A stretch of 58,236 nt of DNA, the filler included, from Sphacelaria rigidula (Eukaryota), in NCBI GenBank assembly GCA_964200075.2. It is 8 parts of 8 records of this genome, joined end to end, with 100 filler letters (N's around TTAATTAATTAA, not from the genome) between each part and the next. Parts side by side here need not be neighbours in the genome. Positions count along the whole stretch, not along the records: positions 43,754 to 50,945 come from CAXNAA020016037.1; positions 51,046 to 58,236 come from CAXNAA020016038.1; 6 more parts are not named here. One strand, written 5' to 3'. The position numbers and the translations under genes are program-made. Below are positions 50,285 through 58,236 of the stretch, in pieces (the stretch's first letter is position 1; every line of letters starts with the position of its first letter). A model generated the notes under the pieces. That model made no database searches and was not told the origin of the DNA. It saw nothing but the letters and a program-made list of their open reading frames with translations.

Positions 50285-50815
50285 CATATTCCCTGTTTTG
50301 TTTTGTTTTCTTCGTGAGTTATTGGCAATTTTGTTCGGGAAAAAAAACTGTTCTGAAACGTTCCTTCGCAAATAACTCACGGAGAATATAAAATAAAAAC
50401 AGGGGATGGAAAGTGGGGTATTAGCACATACGTCCTGTACATCGTGTCGAAATTTCATCGAAAACGATCCAGAACTGAGCGCAGGAAATGCGTCATTCCG
50501 TCGACAAGCGGTCACTACAGTATGTGGAGGTGGACCAGTTACGAATAATTCAAACGCATTCCCTGCGCTCAATTTTGGATCGTCTTCGATGAAAATTTGA
50601 CACGATGCACAGGACGTCTGTGCGAATACCGAACCTTTCCTCCAATGTTTTTTTTGTCTCTCTGCGTGAGTTGTTGGCGATTTTGTTCCGAAAAAACTGT
50701 TCTGAATGTTCCGTGGCCCATAACTCACGACGAAAAGAAAGAAACACACGGGTGGAACGAAGGTGTGTTTGCACATACTTCCTGTACATCATGTCAAAAT
50801 TTCATCGAAAACGAC
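50285..50815. mobile_element. Two adjacent copies of a foldback MITE
   Basis: 50300-50468 repeats directly at 50650-50815, and 50415-50493 is inverted at 50554-50630. Confidence 0.75.
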
Positions 50816-51054
50816 TGAGTACTGTATTGATCTCGGGAATCGTGCCACAGCTTGTGCGGCACCACGCGGCACAAAACTGACTGTAACCGAAAATCCAATG
50901 CTCAGCCGTTTTCTTTTGGCTAATTCCGCCGCACATAGTACCCTCNNNNNNNNNNNNNNNNNNNNNNNNNNNNNNNNNNNNNNNNNNNNTTAATTAATTA
51001 ANNNNNNNNNNNNNNNNNNNNNNNNNNNNNNNNNNNNNNNNNNNNGGGGGAGGG

Positions 51055-51530
51055 GTACTCATGATGTTGCATGCCGCGGATAGACTACCATTGACCTCGC
51101 ATCCCCACGACGCCGGAACGGAGCACGACAGGCTTTCGCCGGACCAGGCTCGCAATCGATCACCAAGCGCGAGGTGCGGTGGTGTGCTCGGCGAGTCGCA
51201 TGAGGGGTGAGCTGCATCATGCTAAGATGGCTCGGCCCGAAGCGTACTGATTATCTTGCATTTGGATGACAGCCTTCAATGACTTGCTTTATTTTGTGCT
51301 ATCGCCACTTCGAGAGACTGCCACGGGATCTGCACTGCCTCATGGGTGGCTCAAAATTTTCACACTGCGTAGCATGAATATCGTCTGTGCGGAGTTGAAG
51401 TTCCCCACTTCACACAATATGATGTAGCTCGACCACCATCATAACTACAGCAACAAAAACGCTAGCGGGAAAAATAGGCTACCTGGTTGCCCACCTTACG
51501 CAGTGGGTGGAGTTTTTTATAGGGCCGTTG
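51055..51530 (-). mobile_element. Repeat A, near full-length at contig start
   Basis: GGGGGAGGG|GTACTCATGATG…; aligns with 3904-4391. Confidence 0.85.
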
Positions 51531-51580
51531 GAATCGACGCCTACAGTTAAAAAAGAAAGTTTGGGGTGGGAGGGAGACGG

Positions 51581-51648
51581 CGTACTCATTTGCTGCTTGC
51601 CGTAGTCGTTTGATCGTTGACCACGCATCTCTTTTGAGACGAAGCAAT
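51581..51648 (-). mobile_element. LINE 3' tip (family of 15570-15925)
   Basis: The reverse complement matches 33319-33385; G-rich tracts lie on both sides. Confidence 0.75.
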
Positions 51649-54225
51649 GTGGTGGGGGGAGAGGGGAGGAATGGCCAGAGGACACGCTAGAAATCTTGTG
51701 ATGGATTTTCTTAACGGTAAAAGAGGGGACGCGTGGCCTGGGCCAAGCGAACTTCTTACGAATTTTCAATTGTGGAACAATGTTTGGTTTGGTGACAGAT
51801 CGCCCGATATCACCCGGGGGCGTTATCCTGCAAAAAGTACGGCATCTCGAAGCATGTTAAAGTATGACAGGGCGTGTATTCAGTCCTCAGAGCGCCGGAA
51901 GCCTCAGAGCGCCCCTAAATCGTCCACCAAAATAGTGCGCGAAAAACGGCAACTTCGGCTAACGTCAAGAAACCAAGTTACGCAGGTGAGGGGTTCGCGA
52001 ATCCGAATTTCTGCGGAAGGGGGTGCTACGGGGCGGAAGTGGGTGAGATGGGAGTACACTCCAACTAAGACAGACCCACATCGACTGTTTACTTGCTATT
52101 TGAATGACGCGATCTGGCAACCCGAGGGGTAACGAGTCTTGTTGCCTGATCATGATGTGGAAGAGGTACCATTGAGGGTTGCACCTCCAGACACACGGCA
52201 CATGGTGTCTGATGATGGTGAAAAATCCAGGATATGCTGCTTCATGCCGCCGGTAGGTGTTGACAGCACAGGTTTGGTGGCACAAGGCGCTCAGAGCGCG
52301 GTGTGGATTGAACACGGTGGTTATCAGGAGGGGACGGCGAAGTTCTATTAAATATATAAATCGTATTGTGACAAATATCGTGCGTACAATAGGAAAATGG
52401 TAGTGAGGGCATACCAAATCTTGCCAGAGGTATCGTCGAATTTGCCCGCTCATGGGCGAACGATTAAAGCACCACAGCTAACAAACATGCTGCAGGCTTT
52501 GCCGTATCACTGAGGTTGCTGGGTTCTTCGCTCGCGCGCGGTCTTGCGCGAGACCTGGCGAAGAAGCGGTTTTGATGCGAACTGTGGTTTTTGCCAACAA
52601 AAACTGTAGACACCTGGGTACTGGGCAACGTCTCTGTACAGACTATGCCAGGGCTTACGATGCCGACTTCCTGACAATCTGAGAGGCAACACGGTGATTG
52701 ATGGTTTGCTTTTCCACCATAATAAATTCTCGGTCATTCGATCTGAGGCTTTCACCAGATGATTTCGGTGGCCCGCCAACTTTGACTTTTGCCGACATCT
52801 TGCGAAGTATTTCAACATCAAGCCCTGTGACACTAGCTATCGATCACGTGGGGGAGTACAAGATTTAGTTACAATCGTGACCCACAGAGCACAGTACCAC
52901 TGACTCCAGAAGGGCATTCTACACTCTGAACACATGGAGTGCGGCATTTTGCCATCAACATGTGACTATCGCCGTAAAGTTTTCCTCTTGTCGTCGTTTG
53001 TGCAATGACACACGCTCTTCACCCTGCGGATTTTCCAGTCGCGATCCGCTGTCTGTAGCGCCAGCTTTCCGTGCTGATGTAATCACCTCTCTTCCGAGGA
53101 TGGTTCCCTCAATGCGTGAAATACTGTGGGACACGACTACTGTAGTGCAGTGTTTGGTACGACTGCCGGTATACAACAACTATGCGAATATGGTAACAGC
53201 CAGTACGTTTTCACATGATGGAACGAGGATAACAATGTTATTCCGGAGGAATGCAGCGGATTTGCATTTTTCGCCACGTACGTCCAACATCACGTTTGCG
53301 ACGTACATCCCATCCTTTGGAGTCACGGGCTCGTGTGCGGGTGCTTCATGACGGTCCCCAGCACAACTTCGACTGGATGAGAGCGATGACGGAGGACACC
53401 GCGCGGTGTCTTGTCCTGTATTCTCCAAGGGCAACCGTCAGTGGCCAACCCTCCACAAATCGTCGCACAACACATCGCCCTTGTGAACACGGGGAAATAA
53501 TGGCCTCTGGCTAGCTGTTGTGGCGTCACCATCACTTATCATTTTCGTCGCACCGTTGCATGCATCGCCGCAGGACCATCTTTTGTCCGGAGACCGCTGT
53601 ACAAACTACTGTATGCGATGTCTGTACCGCACCTGACCAAAATCGTTTTTTACATTCGTTTGGTATGTAGGCAGTATACGCAGTACAGACAGTGCACAGT
53701 ACGACAGCTGTCTATACGGCACCGTGCTCATTTTTTTCACGAAAGTACGAGTACACGGCTGCACATATTCCGTGAGACTGTCAGCCGAAATATGGTACCG
53801 AAACGAGGCCCTGCACTTGAGGGTGAACCAACGTTGCATTAGTCGAGAAAGGAAAACGACGCCTCCTGGGGGTTCAAGTTTTTTGCCAGTTAATACAAGA
53901 GGCCATGCGCTGCCGAGGCCACACTGCAATATATATATGAAAAAAAGCAATCTCACAGATCCGTACAGTCAGAAGGGCAGGACGTAACAGCGGAGAAAAT
54001 GCGATTTCGGAACAGTATGAGTACACGTAACGCGCTAGACATCAACACAAATACACAACAGACAGGACGGGCACCAAATACACAAGGTAACGAAGGAGCA
54101 GGGGGGACCGGATGACATCCCAGAAAACAGAGGACAAGTGCCAGGAAAGCGGGCTGTGCTAGGGTATTTCGCTGCCTGCCACTGGTGCATGAGTACTGAT
54201 TGTCTATACGGTCGCTGTCACTCAC

Positions 54226-54378
54226 GGCTGCAGCTGCTGACACAAGGGAAAGCTCGGGCTCTTCCTCCGACTCCTCTTCCGACTCTTCTACATACTCTTC
54301 ATTGAAAGCTCTAGGGAGAAGAGGGTCTATGTCCTTGCCCTTTGCCTTTGCCAGGCGGTTCAGTTGCCTCGCGGACAT
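54226..54378 (-). CDS. First exon, probably TCF25/Rqc1-like (ribosome quality control)
   Basis: gccATG start, gtgagt donor, 51 codons: MSARQLNRLAKAKGKDIDPLLPRAFNEEYVEESEEESEEEPELSLVSAAAA. MSxRxLxRL plus an acidic tract recalls TCF25 N-termini, but the identity rests on this short motif only. Confidence 0.55.
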
Positions 54379-55699
54379 GGCGCTACCTAGTCGAGCTGTC
54401 TCTCTTCTGAAGCAGATGAGGTTAATGTCACGTTGTTTATCACCCTTACATATCAGACTCGGCGGGTCTTCCAAAGAATCGGAGGAAATAGGTGATGGCG
54501 AATCCAATTGACATGGAGTATGTCAATTATTAAAGAGTCAAAAATATACTATCGAATCGCTCTAGGCTCTATCGACGTGTATATGAAAAAGAAAGATAAG
54601 GGATGCAATCACCATTGCCTACGACCAACGGGTGTTCATTTGGTAATCAGCGAAAGTGAAAGCACAAAAACAAGAAACCTTAGTTCCCCTGGATCTCGAT
54701 GAATCACGAGTTCGCCGAACTAGGGGCGCACAGGTGAGGAAGGAGATAACGCGTGGGCCGAGAAGATGCTTGGCACAAAAAAATATCTGTTAGTTTGGTT
54801 TCAAACTTCTCACCTTCCTTTAGACTTTTATTTGTGCAGGTCGATTAACGATCGTTTCACAGCAAATCGACAGTACACGCTGTTGCACCGCACTTATTTT
54901 CTCATAATTCTCCGCTGCCCCCCGACCGCCGCCCGACTGGGGATGGTTGTGCGGGGCGACAGAGTGACATAACCTACAGACTGGTCTGCATATCGTCTCA
55001 ACGGTGTGATGTAACACACAAGATCGCCAGTGGGCAATGCCGACGGTGTGAAACTTCAGGTTACCCGCCCACTAGAACCTAAACTCAATCCCTCAGCTGC
55101 AAAGTTTTAGCCGAAGTTAGGGCACTGTCACGGAAAACACGTCGATAGAGACATGTGAGATCAAGTGCAAGGGCTGGCGGAATGGAGCTAGCCGCCAACG
55201 CCGGTTGGGGAGTCTGTACCCTTATCTTGAAATCAAAATGCAAGGCACGTACAATGATCGATGTGACAAAGAAAAATCGGAACAGAAAAGCTCGCGCGTA
55301 AGATTAGATGGGAACAGACGGAAAGAAGGGCAGCAAGATGAGCAAAGCGTGTAGATACAGGTAATACATAAGGCTAAAGCTTGGTCACGTGTCGCGAAAC
55401 TCAGAGTGGAGATCTACAACGAAGGTACACTGCCTCTCCCGGGAGAGAACGGGGCTGGCCGCGCTGAAGTGGTTCTGCAAGAGTGTCAGGCGGTAGGGTG
55501 ACACCATCAGACCGTAAAAGACAGAGAGACCGGACTGAACCAAGTTCGCTGCGCTGGATATATCCTGATCTGGGGCGTGCAAGGGAAGGGCTGGACAGCA
55601 TGGAGTCGCGTTGACGGTCATGTAGTCGGTCATCAGTGAGGTGACATGGACTTGGTCGCTCACCAGCGATGGCGTCATGTCACAGACTTCAACCTCGCA

Positions 55700-57720
55700 G
55701 GCAAATCGAAACATTTCACGTTTGTACTTGCCTATGCCCCTACAGACACATCGAAGTCAATGGAAGGGAAGGATATGTCCTGAAATAGGTGGGCAGCGCT
55801 GTGAACCGAGTTCCCGACAATCATCGCCTTCTTACTTTGATAGACGCTGACTCTAGGACTGGGGTAGAAACAGGAGAGGAGCACCGTAAAATAGCGGGGA
55901 CATAGGACCGAGACTTCCGAGCCAACGACAGCAACGGCACCTCTTGGCTACATTTTGCGGGTGACGACGGACTTGCACTGGTCAGCACGTTTATTCCACC
56001 CCCAAAGGAGGCGCATAGAACGAGCCATCCGTCATCGGGAATGTTGCGCAACAACCGGCAACGTTGTTGCATGGGAACTCGCCAAGTCCAACTGAAACTG
56101 AGGATGCTTGCTCTAAGAGCCATGGCTAACAGCAAAGCGACGAGCTCGGACGGTCTACCTGCTAACGTGTTAAGGTTGGGTTGGTCGGGGAGCCTTCGGA
56201 AATTCTGTACCACTTTCACATCATCGCTGCGATTTGGACATCTGGCGAGCCGCCGCAGGGATAGAAACACGCCACTACCAAGGTGCTACAAGGGCAACTC
56301 ACACGTCACATGCTGGTAAGGTTCTCCTCAAAATCGTAGCCAGCAGGCTCGGTAGCTTCTGCGAGGGAGCAGGGTTTCTATAGGAAGAACAGTGCGGATT
56401 CCGGCGCCAACGGTCGACGAACGACATGATTTTTGTGGTATGCCGACTGCCGGAGTTTCCCACCAAGTATGTGCTTCATCGATCTGTAAAAGGCCTACGA
56501 CTCGGTAGACCGTATGTTCCTGCGAGACGTGCTTGCCTCATTCGGAGTCCCGCCGCAGACGATCGGGGTTATTAGTATGTTTCACGATGGCAGGCGAGCT
56601 GGGGTACAGCTGGATGATGGCGAGCCATCAGCATGGTTCCACGTCTGCCAGGGACTCGGGCAAGGGTGCGCTTCGTCCTCGCCACTGTTCAACATTTCGG
56701 TGCAACTTTGGTCGACGTGATCATACAGCGGTTCGCGGCAGTCCCGACCATCATCTCAGACTTGGCACTTTTAGCTGATGTGCCAAATGATGATGATGGT
56801 GCACTTCGGGAAGAGACGCCGCTGGAGAAGGTGCTACGCCCGGTGTGGGCAATGCTATATTCGAATGACAGAGGCATAGTCTCGAGGTCCACAGACGGAC
56901 TTGCTTATACCGTTGGCCGTCTGCGCCTGTGGTAAGTACCACGCTTCGCAAAGACTGCACATCGAGGCGGGAGACCAATGGTACAAGCAGACGACCAAGT
57001 GGGTTGCCTTGCTAGTGCTGTCAGTGCGGATGCGAATATTTCTACCGAAATCAACTACCGCATCAGCGCTGTGTGGGGTCGTGTCCGGAAGTATAGTTCC
57101 CAACGCTATGATCGGCCCAACGCCCAGCTACCTCTGAAAATCCAGGTGCGTAAAGCGGAGATGGTGGAGGTTATGCTGTACAGATGTGCTACATGGGCGC
57201 TGCGCTCCGAGGACTTTTGCCAGTGCGAGTTGCCCACCACAAGCGTGTGCTGCGAGTGGTTGGATTCCCGCAGCAAAGAGAGAACTGGCTACTGGACTCT
57301 CCCGTGCAGAGGTGTGCTGGAGATGACCATCTATCCGAGTATCGAGACGACAGTCCGCGAGCGTCAACTTGGGTTCGTGGGGGCCTTTGTCCCGCAAGAG
57401 GAAAGCGCGTCTCCACAAAAAGCACCACTCTCGGGTGTTTAGCCGCAGAAGGGCCCAGGGAGGCTGGCCGCTGGCCGAAACACTGGGGGGACTGCATCCA
57501 GGAGAACCTCTGTACACTAGAGGCTCTTGCCACGAAAAGGAGCACGGCGGAAATGGTTCGTCTACGGAGTGGAAGGCAAGGATGCACACAATTGGATCAC
57601 CTTGAGCGGGGTAAGTGTTGAGTGGGGTTCCCTCCTCCTTTGATGGAAGAAAACAAATCCGATTGAATCACCTCGGTGCAGACCATGGGCGAATGACATC
57701 TTGGACTCGAGATGAGGCGG
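55700..57720 (+). mobile_element. Decayed RTE-clade LINE (APE + RT, internally deleted, many stops and frameshifts)
   Basis: APE remnants (AYAPT; LLLIDADSRTG; NGTSWLHFA…LALVSTF). RT: GKVLLKIVASRL, EEQCGFRRQRST, CFIDL*KAYDSVDR, QGLGQGCASSSPLFNI, MLYSND (YADD), MLYRCATW, GRWPKHW. Confidence 0.92.
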
Positions 57721-58151
57721 AAGAGGTCGAAGAGACGTGGCGACACGAAGAGAAACTCCAATCGGAATCTCCCCGCAAACGAGAGGCTGCTGCATCGAGA
57801 ACCGGCAATCGGAGAGCCGCCACCGGTGATGCAAGAACAGGAACAGTTCGCGAGGGATCCAGGGTGGAATTCGTCGAGAGCAGCTCGCTTTGTACCCAGC
57901 TAGTGATGAACGGAAAAAGTTGGATCAAGACGGAATTGATCCACCCTCATCCTCTCCCATCGGTCGTTGATTTTTCTTCGGCCTGTGTTCTCGTCAGGGT
58001 CCCGAGTTGTTCCTTTTTTCATGCTCTGCTGTGTCCTTGGGTTTCACCGCTTCCTTCAGTTTCTTCTTCTCTGCTCTCTTTTTTTTTCTTCGCCTTTTCC
58101 CCTCCCTGTATCTCGCTATTCAATTCCCATCAGTTTTTTCTCCGCCACAGT

Positions 58152-58222
58152 GATGAGTACACCCTCCCCCCCCCCCCCCCCCCCTCCCCCCCCCAACATT
58201 ACCCCCCCCCCCCCACCCCCCC
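58152..58222 (+). repeat. ATGAGTAC tip followed by a C-rich tract
   Basis: Same last 8 nt as Repeat A, then CCCTCCCC…; too short to be certain. Confidence 0.45.
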
Positions 58223-58236
58223 GTTACGGACGTTTC

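Noticed and set aside
3406..54378. Functional cluster of CLC, P450 and TCF25-like genes
   Set aside because: They are on separate contigs joined only by length sorting.

Overview
Repeat-rich eukaryotic DNA, most likely from a brown alga (Phaeophyceae; inferred from the repeat types, long introns and protein style). The window is not one locus. It is eight unlinked contigs of 7193, 7192 (x6) and 7191 bp, joined by artificial 100-nt spacers (N44-TTAATTAATTAA-N44), so adjacency across a spacer means nothing. Supported host exons: two phase-compatible exons of a clathrin light chain, two or three exons of a cytochrome P450, and a probable TCF25/Rqc1 first exon. Most of the rest is mobile DNA: a decayed Ty3/Gypsy element, a decayed RTE LINE, two tRNA-derived SINE families, hAT, piggyBac, Tourist and 4-bp-TSD MITEs, foldbacks and microsatellites. 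The most interesting pattern is a ~550-bp non-coding element ('Repeat A', about 11 pieces) plus 3' ends of a related zinc-knuckle LINE. They share a 3' terminus, nearly always abut C-runs and stack head-to-tail, which suggests a poly-C-targeting LINE with a non-autonomous partner. Without a database search I cannot say whether this is already described. No rRNA, true tRNA gene, CRISPR array or prokaryotic system was found.
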